Assembly: GCA_964016885.1 (NCBI GenBank)
Contig: OZ024740.1
Span: 249,922,001 to 249,986,000, forward strand
Direction of reading: 5' to 3'
Origin: Eledone cirrhosa
Taxonomy: Eukaryota
Length of the DNA stretch: 64,000 nucleotides
The position numbers were made by a program, and so were the translations under genes. The notes below the pieces were generated by a model that was not told where the DNA came from, searched no databases, and saw nothing but the letters and a program-made list of their open reading frames with translations. Numbering within the stretch: the first letter of the stretch is position 1; the number at the start of each line of letters is the position of its first letter. This document shows positions 24,250 to 38,108 of this stretch, piece by piece.

Positions 24250-26690
24250 TCCTAGTTTCCTTAGGGACCACGAGATGACAGATTGGGGTACCCTATCAAA
24301 GGCCTTCTCGAGGTCAACAAAAGCTCAGTGTAGTGGCTTATTCTTTAAGAACCTCTCTTGTAGTTGTCTCACTAAGAAGAGGGCATCTGTTGTTCTTTTC
24401 CCAGGCACAAAACCAAACTGCATCTCATCTAATTTGACCCTTTCTCTAATTAGTTGCTCTAATATTCTTTCTGCCACTTTCATAACTTGATCTATCAGCT
24501 TTATGCCCTTGTAATTACTCCTCTCCAAAGCATCCCCTTTACTTTTGTAACAATTTATAAGAATACTGCTGCACTAGTCTTTGGGTATGACTCTGCCATA
24601 TATAGCTTGATTGACAATGCGTGCAACCAGTTTAGTAACTACTTCTCCTGATGCCTTCAGCATCTCAACAACTATCCTCGACGGTCCAGCGGCCTTACCA
24701 CTTTTCATTTCCTTAATTGCCTCTTGGACCCTATAGTCGTCTATCTCAATAGCTGGTCCCTCTGTCGGATCTACTGGGGGTAATTTCTCTCTCACTCATT
24801 CGGTCTCCACATTCATCAGTCTCTCTTAATGACATTTCCAGGCCTCCTTTTTCTGATCATTCGTGACACTAAGTATACCAGCATCATTCCGGACACATTT
24901 ATCTCCAACTATATCCTGATTTGCACTGACACACTGCCTTGCAATGCGGAACACCACGCGTCTCTGATCTTCCTGTTGTAGAACATTGGCAAACCTCCTA
25001 CTCTCAGTCTCCCTGCATGCTAAGTACACCTGACGTCTAGCTTCTCTCTTAGCAACTGTGTATCCGTCTCTACTCCCACCATTTTTCCAAGCGTTCCATG
25101 CTAGTCTTTTGTCTTTAATGGCCCTATCTACCATGCTGTTCCACCACCAGGGTCACTCTCTGTCTGGTTGGAGCTCTGCTCCAGCCACAAGTTTATTCAG
25201 AAGCCTGCAGTAACTAATGTAAGAAATTCCAGTTATCCTCTGTCATATAATTCTACTTCTTCTTCTTTTTCGTCATACACATCTCGAAAGGCTTTCCTAA
25301 ATTTATATTTTAGTGAAAGGTCTTTTAGTTTCCAGACCTTCCTTTTCCACACCTTCCTGTATGTCTCATTTTGTCTCTTGCTTATTGAAATGTCACTAAC
25401 GACTAACCTATGCTGTGGGGTACATTCTTCCACGGGGTATGCCTTAGTATTTGACACCATCTGTCTGTCTCATTGCCTAACTAGCCAGAAGTCAATCTGG
25501 CTTATGTGCTCGTCTGATTTGTAGGTTATTAGGTGGTTGATAGGTTTCTTGAAGTTAGTGTTGCAAATGGTTAGTGCACTTGCATCACAAAATTCAAGAA
25601 GCCTCACTCCTTTGTTTCTTGAGCCATAACCGTGCCCACCATGTACCCCAGTGTATCCATCCTGGAACTGTCCAACATGACCATTGAAGTCCCCTGCTAG
25701 CATAACGATGTCTCTGTCCTCTGTCATTGTGGCTGTTTCTAAAAGTTGCTCGTAAAAGCAGTCTTTCTCTTCTTTACCTATGACTACCTAGCTGTTTCTT
25801 TCCTACAACTAATCTAATCTTAATTATTCTATTACTGACTCTAACTACCTCTATTGTCTTATTGATTCATCTCTCAGCCAGTAAAATGCCTACCCCACCT
25901 AACCCATCATCTAACTCAGAAAAGCTTATAACTAAGATGTTTGCCTGCGATTAGTCTTGCTGAGGCACCTCTCCATCTCACCTCTTGCAAGCAGCACACA
26001 CCCACATGTCTTCTCTCTAGCATCTCCACTATTTCACCAGATCTACCTGTCAGAGTGCCAACATTAAGTGTGGCAACCCTGACATGCGGCGTCTTTCGTT
26101 GAAATTTCTTCCTTTTCTGCAAAGAAAAATATTTATTTATAATCATGTGCGATTGCTTGATGATGGTCTGGGCTTGTTGCACATGGCTGCTACCGTGCAC
26201 AGCCCTAACATGGTTAGTGTTATTGCTGTTCATGCAGTTAGTGCTATATAAATTTGTTGTTTTGCTCATAATTGTTTTGGCATTAATACACTGGTTGGAT
26301 GCCCTTCCTAACACTTTACAGCATGGACTGGGTAGTTTCATTCATGCCACCAGCACTAGAGAGGTTGTCTTACTGGACTCAGGGCCCTCTCCACCCCATA
26401 GTTTTGCATGGTTTTTAATAGCTGAATACTACTACCATTACCTCTATTTTACAGCATGGTCCAGGTGTTTTTATTCGTGCCACCAGCACTAGGGAAGTCG
26501 TATTACTGCACTTAGGGGCTTCTCTATCCTGCATTAATTTATTCAGAGTGGTAGCTCTCTTAGACGGGTTGCTTACTCTACGGCTTACGGAGTCTCCGTC
26601 TGCCCTGTGTCTGCTCTGAGTGTAACTTGGTTTAAGGTGGTATATGGATGAGTGGATTAGCATACAACATCAGGCATGTATACCGGAAGG
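24250..26690 (-). mobile_element. RTE subfamily B, 5' UTR through mid-RT, 3' part missing, pseudogenised
   Basis: RVATLNVGTLTGRSGEIVEMLERRHVGVCCLQEVRW (APE start), AGDFNGHVG and LDEMQFGFVPGK; it stops at WSLRKLG and has several frameshifts. Confidence 0.9.
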
Positions 26691-26850
26691 TGGTGGACGT
26701 TGGGTGGGAAATAGTGATTTCCTAGCATATATTTTATTTTACAGAAATATTGCTATTCTACATGAGAGATTTTCTGTTACGTATATATATTATTGTATTG
26801 TTATATTTATTTACTTTTTTACTTATGAGTTCGCAGTCTTACCATATATA

Positions 26851-27901
26851 GATAGTCCTCCAAGCCATAACAGGAGTTTAAGACTGGCTGTCCATGGGAA
26901 CTTCTCTATGCTGACAATCTGGTTCTTATAGCAGAATCAGTAGAGGAGCTAGAGAATAAATTCTGGCTATGGAAACAGCAGTTGGAAGCAAGAGGACTGA
27001 GAGTGAACCTAGCTAAGACAAAAGTGTTGATGAGTAGAAAAGAGGACAAAACTCTGATTCCGCCAGGGAAATGGCTATGTTCGATATGCAGAAAAGGAAC
27101 TGGCATAAATTCTATAAAATGCACACAATGCAGATCCTGGGAACACAGGAGATGTAGCGGGATAGCAGGTAAACTAACAGGTAGGGAGAAATATGTATGC
27201 AGTAGATGTACAGGGAAATTAGACAGTAGAAGTCGCATTGATAGACACATTTTTCAAATGCGGGAGGGTGCTATAGTAGTGGTGGATAGCTTCCGGTACC
27301 TAGGAGATCAGATTAGCATGGGAGGAGGGTGTTCCGAGGTCATAGTATCTAGAATAAGGACGGATTGGAAGAAGTTTAGGGAGCTGCATCCTCTGCTGAC
27401 GAAGAAGGGTTTCACCCTGCATACGAAAGGCCGGTTGTATGATGCCTGTGTGAGGAGCGCGATGCTGCATGGTAGTGAGACATGGGCAGCAACTGCAAAG
27501 GATATGCGACGGCTGGAGAGAAATGAGGCAAGCATGCTCCGTTGGATGTGCAGTGTCAATGTGTGTGAATGACCCAGCATAAATGTGTTGAGAGAGAAAC
27601 TGTCTGAGAGGGATAGAATGTAGTGTACGGGAGAGGAGACTGAGGTGGTATGGACATGTGATGCGCATGGAGGATGGTGAAGAAGTGCCAGGAAATGCCA
27701 GTTGAAGGAAGACGTGGTAGAAGTGGGCCACGAAAAACATGGGTGGAGGTAGAAAGAACAGACCTCAGATTGTTGAAGCTCACGGTGGAGATGACGAAGG
27801 ACCATGACGAACGGAGAGAAGCTGTGCTGAATAAGACCCGTCCCAGCCTTGCAAACAGGGAAAAGGGGACGTAAAATGATGATGATGATGATGATGATGA
27901 T
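26851..27901 (+). mobile_element. RTE subfamily B 3' fragment
   Basis: Begins at IVLQAIT..KTGCPWELLYA, includes the PHD-type finger, and ends ggacgtaaaa(tga)n. Confidence 0.92.
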
Positions 27902-27997
27902 ACATGTATATATACATGTATATATATATATATATATACATGTATGTATATATATATATATACATGTATGTATATATATACATGTATGTATATATAT

Positions 27998-30216
27998 TCA
28001 AGCATGTTTTACAACGTGAGGACCAGAAACAGGAGGTATTCAAGATTGCGAGGCAGTGTGTCAGAGATAGTTGTGATGTCATTGGAGAGAAGTGTATCCG
28101 GAATGATAAAGGTGAGCTTGCCCTCACAAGTGCTGAGAAGAAAGATGCATGGAAGAGTCATTATGATAGATTACTAAATGAGGAGAATGCATGGGAAGAA
28201 GAGACCCTACCCCACGTAGACCCTATAGAGGGACCAGCAGTACAAGTCAGCGGCAGCGTAGTAAGTAAGGCAATCAGAGATATGAAGATAGGGAAGGCAA
28301 CCGGTCCATCGGGTATAGCTGCCGAGATGCTGAAGGCATCTGGGTCTGTAGGTCACACTATAACCACACGTATCGTTAACCAGGTAATACTAGAGGGGGC
28401 CATACCAAAAGATTGGTGCAGTAGCATCATTGTCAACTGCTACAAAGGTAAAGGCGATGCACTAGATAGAGGAAACTATAGAGGTATAAAGTTGATGGAC
28501 CAGGTCATGAAAGTAACAGAAAGAGTTATAGCACAGCTGATTAGGGACCGGGTGAATATAGACGAGATGCAATTTGGGTTTGTACCAGGGAAAGGCACCA
28601 CTGATGCCCTCTTCCTTGTGAGGCAATTACAGGAAAAGTACCTAGCTAAAAGTAAGCCACTCTACTTGGCATTTGTCGACCTTGAGAAAGCCTTTGACAG
28701 AGTTCCACGTGCAGTAATCTGGTGGGCTCTTAGAAAACTAGGAGTAGATGAATGGCTTGTGAAAGCGGTACAAGCCATGTATAGGGGAGCAGTCAGCAAA
28801 GTTAAGATTGGCAATGAGTATAGCGAGGAATTTAGCGTACAGGTTGGGGTCCACCAGGGCTCTGTTCTTAGCCCTCTCCTGTTCATCATAGTCCTGCAGG
28901 CAATAACGGAGGAGTTTAAGACCGGATGCCCATGGGAACTTCTGTATGCTGATGACCTCGCACTCATAGCTGAATCTGTGGTAGAACTAGAGAATAAATT
29001 CCAAACCTGGAAGCAGGGACTAGAGAGAAAGGGCCTCAAAGTCAACATGACAAAGACTAAGGTCCTTGTAAGTAGACGAGAAAACAGAACCCAGATCCCC
29101 TCAGGGAAATGGCCTTGCTCAGTATGTAGGAAAGGTGTAGGTAGGAACTCCATTCTCTGCCCCAAATGCAAACAATGGGTACACAAGAGATGTAGCGGGA
29201 TCTCAGGAAGCTTAATTAAGAATGTAGGCTTCACATGCAGCAGCTGTGCTGAAACAGCAAGCAAACAGCCACAGGAAACAAGTACCACCAATCTCTGGGA
29301 GGGCCCTGTAGAAACAGTAGACAGCTTCTGCTACCTAGGTGACCGAATTAGCAACGGAGGTGGGTGCTCAGAAAGTACAATAACTAGGGTAAGAACGGGA
29401 TGGAAGAAGTTTAGGGAACTACTACCACTGCTAGCTGCAAAAAGCTTCTCCCTCAGAATGAAAGGCAGACTGTATGATGCATGTATCCGAACAGCGATGT
29501 TGCATGGTAGTGAGACCTGGGCGCTGAAGGTGGAAGACTTGCGTAGATTAGAGAGAAACGAAGCCTGCATGCTCCGATGGATGTGTAACAGTAATATACG
29601 TGAACGACAAAGCATAAAGGAATTGAGAGAGAGACTGAGCATAAGAGGAATCAAATGCTGCGTGCAGGAGAGGCGGTTACGCTGGTATGGACATGTGATG
29701 CGTATGAAGGATGACAGCTGCATAAAAAGGTGCAGAGCACTAGAAGTTGATGGAAACCGCAGAGTGGGGAGACCCAAGATGACTTGGGATGAGGTGATAA
29801 AAGCCGACCTTACCCAACTACACCTCTCAAAGTCAATGACACACGACCGTGACTTCTGGCGTCACGCAGTAATACAGGGTACCCGACCTCCCATGGGTAC
29901 ATGCTGAAGCATATAAACAATATGCCCCCCCCCCCCCCACCGCAAGGTGGTCGTGGAGGTGCCACGGCAAAAAAGCACCCAGCCCACACTGCAAAGTGGA
30001 TGTGTAGGCGCCACGAAAAAGCACCCAGCACTCACTGTAAATGAGGTTGGTGTTAGGAAGGGCATCCAGCTGTAGAAATCAAGCCAGATCAGTTCCTGTA
30101 TGAGCAAGGCATGGTCAGCCGACCAGACACTGCCCACAACAGGACAACCCGTCTAACCCATGCTAGCGTGGAAGAACGGACGTAAAACGGTGATGATGAA
30201 TGATGATGATGATGAT
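27998..30216 (+). mobile_element. RTE subfamily C, 5'-truncated, with intact RT ORF to 29907
   Basis: Open frame FKHVLQREDQK...YADD...CSVC/CPKC/HKRC/CSSC. 18-bp TSD acatgtatgtatatatat at 27980-27997 and 30217-30234, and a (GAT)n tail. The N-terminal 31 aa of the track ORF is microsatellite. Confidence 0.94.
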
Positions 30217-33091
30217 ACATGTATGTATATATATACATATGTATATATATACATGTATATAATAACTAGAAATTGATTAACATATATATAAACATGAGAT
30301 AATTTTTACGAGTGTGTAACCACACATAGCTAGGTAGGTAATTAAATAAAGTTGACGAGAACTTCAAAAATAGATACCTTATAATATGATTATTCTTCCC
30401 TGTATATATTTCATTAAAGAAATATATTTCTCCAATTAATCAGATGGTAAACCACGGAAGTGGAGATTTTGGATTTTCAACAAGGAAATGGTGGTGGTGG
30501 TGCTGCTGCTGCTTTGGAGCAGAGCCATATATATGATGATGATGACGATAGACATAAGAATGCCACTTCACTGGCGGGATAATCTCCTTTTTAAAAAATA
30601 ATAGTACCCCATATAAACTTTTTTGGGGGAAGCTTACCAGATCCATGCCATACCGGCCGCAGAGCGGGAGTTGTGACCTGTGTTTACTAGAATGCCATAA
30701 TACACTCTAAACTGAACCTGCTTAACAGGAAATCTGAAATTTGTTCCTCTTGCCAACACAAAATCCTGAGTTCCTTCTATTTTAAACCTAGCACATAGAC
30801 GTAACATTTATTACGCAACCCCCACCTAGATACACCCCTCCTCGACTATAACCCCTTCCCCCCAACCCATAACCCAGATAAATAGGTAGCCTATAGGTGG
30901 AACAGTCCCCCACCGGGATACAGCTTTGGGAGAATAGATTTTGGGACACGAGACGGTGTAGAGTAAATAGAATGTCATACTCTCATCTAGGTTACACCAC
31001 TGCTGGATGGCATTTTATCTTAGCCCTCATCTTAAGTTGTGCTGCACGTCCGCCCGTAATACTGCAGGCTCCCCTACGACTCATTCATTTCTTTATTTCT
31101 TTATGGACCCCCATAAATACGCCTATGTGGGTGCATGTCATCGAATATAGGTGTGGGCCTATGTGTGTGTGCGTTGGTCTGTCGGGGAACCAGGAGGCGC
31201 ATGTATGTGTGCACTGGCCAGTGCTGCGGCATGATCACATTCTGTGGATCCAATGTAATATGCCTTATATCTTGTGGGTAAATCTCTATCGCTATACTAG
31301 CCCCTCAGGTTCCGTACATCTTAAATCTCGCTCACCCCCACGTGTCTGTGTATATGCATGCGTGTCGTGGGGTAGTGATCTATATGTCTGGGTGTAGGTG
31401 AATGTGGGCTAGTATGTGTGTGTGCGTGAATACATGTGTGGGTGCACGCATGCATATGGGGGAATATCTACCCATGTGCTAGTGCACCCCAACCTCTGGT
31501 GCGTGTGTGTGTGTATGCATGCATACATATATGGGTGTGTATGTCTGCGCGCATGGCCATATATAACAATACACCCCAGCCTCTATCATCTGCGTGTGCG
31601 TGTGTGTGTGCATGAATATATACATATATGCGTGTTTGAGTGTGTGTGTCGCTGTCCATGTGTACACTTGGACAGATGCGGGAATGTCTGCGGGTGTGCA
31701 TTCATATGCTGGTTCACCCCAACCTCCACCATAAAAGCAGGGCTTCTTCCTCCCTATTCCCTATTGCCTTTCTTGTATGTTACAAGTGAACATCCACTCA
31801 TGTAATAACACACTATATATTATATAATATGTATTTCGCTATGTGTCGCCGAAAGGTTATTTGGAGGGAACTCTCGGAGAGAGAATTTTTTTCTGTAGAA
31901 GTCTTCTCTATATGCGGTGTTTGGCATGAATTCCTCCTATAATACTCTTCTTTGAGAGGAGCACGATATGTAAAATAACATATATGTATTGTCGCAGTGG
32001 AAACTGAGAACCACCTCCCCTCCTGCTGACCCAAATGTATACTGAAGACCAGAACACCACTTTCCACAATATAAGAGAAGAATGCGGTTGCCGGAATATT
32101 GATGACCAAAACATCACACTCCAAGGTCATGGCAAAACACAGTGACTGGTAAACACGACCAAAACATCACCACATGGGCATCGGAACAACAGAGATCTAG
32201 GAATATCAGATATAATATCAATAAGGGCATCAATTGAATTTTTTTCGCGTTGAAATACATATAAATATGTGTCTGTGTGTATCGGACACACGTACACACG
32301 AAGAAACTGGTGACCTAAATGTACCTGTCATGCCTGACCGAATTCCCAGGAGAATTTTCGGTCAGTTGCTATCTTGACCGCTTGCCCCCACAGTTATTAC
32401 ATAGCAGTTCTTGCACGTGACTGCTAGACCCGGATGAAACGAAGACGAAGAATTTCCTTGCGTACCGATATTTACCACAGATGCGATTTCACTCTGCCTA
32501 GTTAATGTTCAATCAACACCAAAGTCCTCAACCACCGACAACATAGTTGGATGACCGATAATCAAACTAAACCGGAGTACTGTGATCCTTGTGATTTTGT
32601 GAAATACAACCACCGATAGTGTATCGAAGACCAGAAAACCATACTCCATAATATAGAACCAAGTGACTGATTTATGCGACCAAAATAACACTACACACAT
32701 ATTGGGTCAGCAACGAACTAGGAATATTGGATGCTCCGTCAATGACCGGGTAAGCACAAAAAGAATTCTATTTGCATTGAAATATACGAACTTGTGGATC
32801 TGTTGTGAGGTCAAACACAAACACACATGACCGCACAGATGAGCGATGGACTATGCCCTATGGGTTGGACTTGCAAGTGCATTGAAAGATGTGTAACTCT
32901 AGTATACATATTGTTTATTATTAAGATGTATAAACTTGACACACTTATCATCTTATATTCTCTCAACTAATTGCATTATGATTATATTTCTCTCTCCCGT
33001 TTTCTCCCACTATATTTATAATATTTTTATTTAACAAAATCTGTTTTTTTACATTGTATTATTCCCTTTCTGATACTTGCTTATATTTTTT

Positions 33092-33266
33092 CAGTATCGG
33101 TAGAGGGTCGGACGCCATGCTTTCCAGCATAGTTACGTCCCTTTACGATCTGAGTTCAAATCCCGCCGAGGTTGACTTTGCCTTTCATCCTTACGGGGTC
33201 GATAAAATAAAAGTACCAGTAATGCACTGGGTAATTACTGGCCTTGTGCCTAAAGTAGAAACAATA
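33092..33266 (+). mobile_element. tRNA-SINE inserted in the Penelope-like 3' region
   Basis: Nearly identical to 2057-2230. Confidence 0.9.
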
Positions 33267-33710
33267 TTTTTTATATATTCTCTATATATTTTTAATATAT
33301 TTTTTTATTTTATTTTTATTTTTATTTTCATTTTTATCCTCCTTATATTTTATTTTATTCTTACTCTTATATCTTATTATAGTGTAATCTTCCCTATACC
33401 TTATTATACATTATTAACTATAAATTATTTTTATTCCATTTCTAATTACCTCATGTACTTTCTCCTCCGTTATATATATGTTATATGCCCTTTGTGTGTG
33501 TGTAGCCTCTGCACCCTACTATCAATGCCACCCCATCTATGGCTCCACTAACCACTCGACTCTCGGGAATGAATATGACCACAGCTAGTAAACAAGGACC
33601 CACACCCCACCCTCCCACACTTAAATTAGACTTATTGTCCCCTGCTTTTGCTCTTTACTCTTTGTTCTTGAATGTTTGGTTGGTAGAGTCCATAACACCA
33701 ATCATACCCC

Positions 33711-33770
33711 TTTTATAGCTCTGAAGAATCCTACGGTTACGTAAGGAAGAAACATTGTAAGCCAATAAAA
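33711..33770 (+). ncRNA. Type I hammerhead ribozyme
   Basis: gct-CTGAAGA-a tcctacg gtta cgtaagga a-GAAAC att GTA-agc. Stem I can extend via ttttat/ataaaa. Confidence 0.75.
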
Positions 33771-33891
33771 AATGTTTGATGTTGTAGACGCTCTTGTGTT
33801 CTTTATCATATATATATGTATATATGTATATGTATATATATATGTATATGTATATATATATGTATATGTATATATATATATGTATATGTAT

Positions 33892-33925
<34 letters not shown>

Positions 33926-34429
33926 ATATGTATATGCATATATGTATATATATATATATATATGTATATGCATATATGTATATATATATATATATATGTA
34001 TATGCATATATATATATGTATATATATATATGTATATATATGTGTGTGGGCGTGTGTGTGTGTATGTATGTTCGTAATTATGTGTATGTTTATGCATATA
34101 CGCGCGCGTGTGTGTGAGTGTACGGATATGTGTGAGTATGAGAATATGTGTATACACTTATTTCATATTTATGTGTCTATACGCATTTTATCTGTGGATT
34201 ATAAACTTACAGAGACATTAGCCTTAAATTTTTGTATTTGCATACATCTTTTTGGCATGCGTATGCATGTTGAGCATATATCTTTGTATAAATATGTGTA
34301 CGGGGTTAGTTACATGTATATACACACACCAAACTGCATAAAACTTTTTGTATTTTCATTGGTCAATTTTGAACTCCGTTCCTAAACGGACCTGAAATTT
34401 TGAATTGTTGTTATTATCAATAAATATAT

Positions 34430-34584
34430 TTCATTATTTCTGAAGACGGCATATATGTGTGTTTGGTATGTATATTTAATCTTGATAGTTTGTATAATTT
34501 TGTATAATTTTGTACATAGATCTGTTGAATATGCATGCCAATTCTAACACATATATATCCTAGAAACGATCGTTAAATAATGAA
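34430..34584 (+). ncRNA. Type I hammerhead ribozyme with a very long stem II
   Basis: Perfect 10-bp stem I ttcattattt/aaataatgaa, CTGAAGA at 34440, GAAAC-gatc-GTT at 34563 (palindromic stem III), stem II insert of about 115 nt. Confidence 0.75.
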
Positions 34585-34644
34585 CTTTTTTTGTTTAATA
34601 TAAGGAACTGTTTCATTGTTTTATTCATTATTTGTTTAATATTT

Positions 34645-34675
<31 letters not shown>

Positions 34676-34738
34676 GTGTATATATATGTGTATATATATG
34701 TATATATATGTATATATATATATGTATATATATGTATA

Positions 34739-34781
<43 letters not shown>

Positions 34782-34940
34782 GTATATATATGTATATATA
34801 TATGTATATATATGTATATATATGTATATGTATGTATATATATGTATATATATGTATGTATATATATGTATATATATGTATGTATATATATGTATATATA
34901 TATATGTATGTATATGTATGTATATATATGTATATATATG

Positions 34941-34973
<33 letters not shown>

Positions 34974-35142
34974 GTATATATATGTATATATATGTATATA
35001 TATATATGTATATATATATATGTATATATGTGTATATATATATATGTATATGTATGTATATATATATATGTATATGTATGTATATATATATATGTATGTA
35101 TGTATATATATGTATATATATATATGTATATATATATATGTC

Positions 35143-35174
<32 letters not shown>

Positions 35175-35178
35175 TATG

Positions 35179-35241
<63 letters not shown>

Positions 35242-35506
35242 GTATATATATATATGTATATATATATATGTATATATATATATGTATATATATATATGTA
35301 TATATATGTATATATATATATGTATATGTATGTATATATGTATATATATATATGTATATATATGTATATATATATATGTATATATATATATGTATATATA
35401 TATATGTATATATATATATGTATATATATATGTATATATATATATGTATATATATATATATGTATATATATATATGTATATATATATATATGTATATATA
35501 TATATG

Positions 35507-35578
<72 letters not shown>

Positions 35579-36130
35579 TGTATATATATGTATATATATG
35601 TATATATATATATATATGTATATATATGTATATATATATATATATGTATATATATGTATATATATATATGTATATATATGTATATATATATATATATGTA
35701 TATATATGTATATATATATATGTATATATATGTATATATATATATATGTATATATATGTGTATATATATATATATGTATATATATGTATATATATATATG
35801 TATATATATATATGTATATATATGTATGTATATATGTATATATATGTATATATGTATATATATGTCTATATATGTATGTATATATGTATATGTATATATG
35901 TATATATATGTCTATATATGTATGTATATATGTATATGTATGTATATGTATATATGTATATATATGTCTATATATGTATGTATATATGTATATGTATGTA
36001 TATATATATATGTATATATATGTCTATATATATATGTATGTAAATATATGTCTATATATATATGTATGTATATATATGTCTATATATATATATGTATGTA
36101 TATGTATGTATGTATATATATATATGTATG

Positions 36131-36225
<95 letters not shown>

Positions 36226-36241
36226 GTATATTATATATATG

Positions 36242-36288
<47 letters not shown>

Positions 36289-36313
36289 GTATATATATAT
36301 ATGTATATATATG

Positions 36314-36408
<95 letters not shown>

Positions 36409-36592
36409 GTATATATATGTATGTATGTATATATATATATGTATGTATATGTATGTATGTATATATATATATGTATGTATATGTATGTATGTATGTATAT
36501 ATATATGTATGTATATATATATATGTATATATATGTATATATACGTATATATATACGTATATATATATATATGTATATATATGTATATATGT

Positions 36593-36654
<62 letters not shown>

Positions 36655-36655
36655 G

Positions 36656-36686
<31 letters not shown>

Positions 36687-36688
36687 GT

Positions 36689-36722
<34 letters not shown>

Positions 36723-36739
36723 GTATATATATATATGTG

Positions 36740-36770
<31 letters not shown>

Positions 36771-36970
36771 GTATATATATATATGTATATATATATATGT
36801 ATATATATATATGTATATATATATATATGTATATATATATATGTATATATATATATGTATATATATATATGTATATATATATATATGTATATATATATAT
36901 GTATATATATATATATGTATATATATATATGTATATATATATATGTATATATATGTATATATATATATGT

Positions 36971-37004
<34 letters not shown>

Positions 37005-37008
37005 GTAT

Positions 37009-37068
<60 letters not shown>

Positions 37069-37069
37069 G

Positions 37070-37108
<39 letters not shown>

Positions 37109-37147
37109 GTATATATATATATGTATATATATGTATATATATATATG

Positions 37148-37178
<31 letters not shown>

Positions 37179-37387
37179 GTATATATATATATGTATATAT
37201 ATGTATATATATGTATATATATATATGTATATATATGTATATATATATATGTATATATATGTATATATATATATGTATATATGTATGTATATATATATAT
37301 ATGTATATATATGTATATATATATATGTATATATATGTATATATATATATGTATATATATGTATATATATATATGTATATATGTATG

Positions 37388-37420
<33 letters not shown>

Positions 37421-37451
37421 GTATATATATGTATATGTATATATATATATG

Positions 37452-37482
<31 letters not shown>

Positions 37483-37595
37483 GTATATATGTATATATAT
37501 ATATGTATGTATGTATATATATATATGTATGTATATATATATATATGTATATGTATGTATATATATGTATGTATATGTATGTATGTATGTATGTG

Positions 37596-37634
<39 letters not shown>

Positions 37635-38021
37635 GTATATGTATGTATATATATATGTGTATGTATATATATATAAATGTAAGTATATGTATGTATGTAC
37701 ATATATGTATATGTATGTATGTATATGTATGTATATATATATATGTGTATGTATATATATATAAATATAAGTATATGTTATGTATGTACATATATGTATA
37801 TGTATGTATGTATATATATGTATATGTATGTATATATATATAAATATAAGTATATGTATGTACATATATGTATATGTATGTATATATATGTATATGTATG
37901 TATATATATATATGTGTATGTATATATATATATGTGTATGTATGTATATATATATATATGTATGTGTATATATATATATGTATATGTATGTATATATATG
38001 TATATGTATGTGTATGTATAT

Positions 38022-38052
<31 letters not shown>

Positions 38053-38077
38053 TGTATATATGTATATGTATGTATAT

Positions 38078-38108
<31 letters not shown>

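Larger units (their letters stand above)
30549..33810 (+). mobile_element. Degenerate 5'-truncated Penelope-like element: GIY-YIG C-terminus plus ~3 kb non-coding 3' region ending in a hammerhead
   Basis: 30549-30795 reads, with frameshifts, KNATSLAG..LKNNSTPYKLFW..PY..CDLCLLECH..LLNRKSEICSSCQHKILSS, homologous to the ORF end at 47700-47952. The 3' end gttctttatcata abuts (TA)n. Continuity of the middle part is inferred. Confidence 0.7.
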
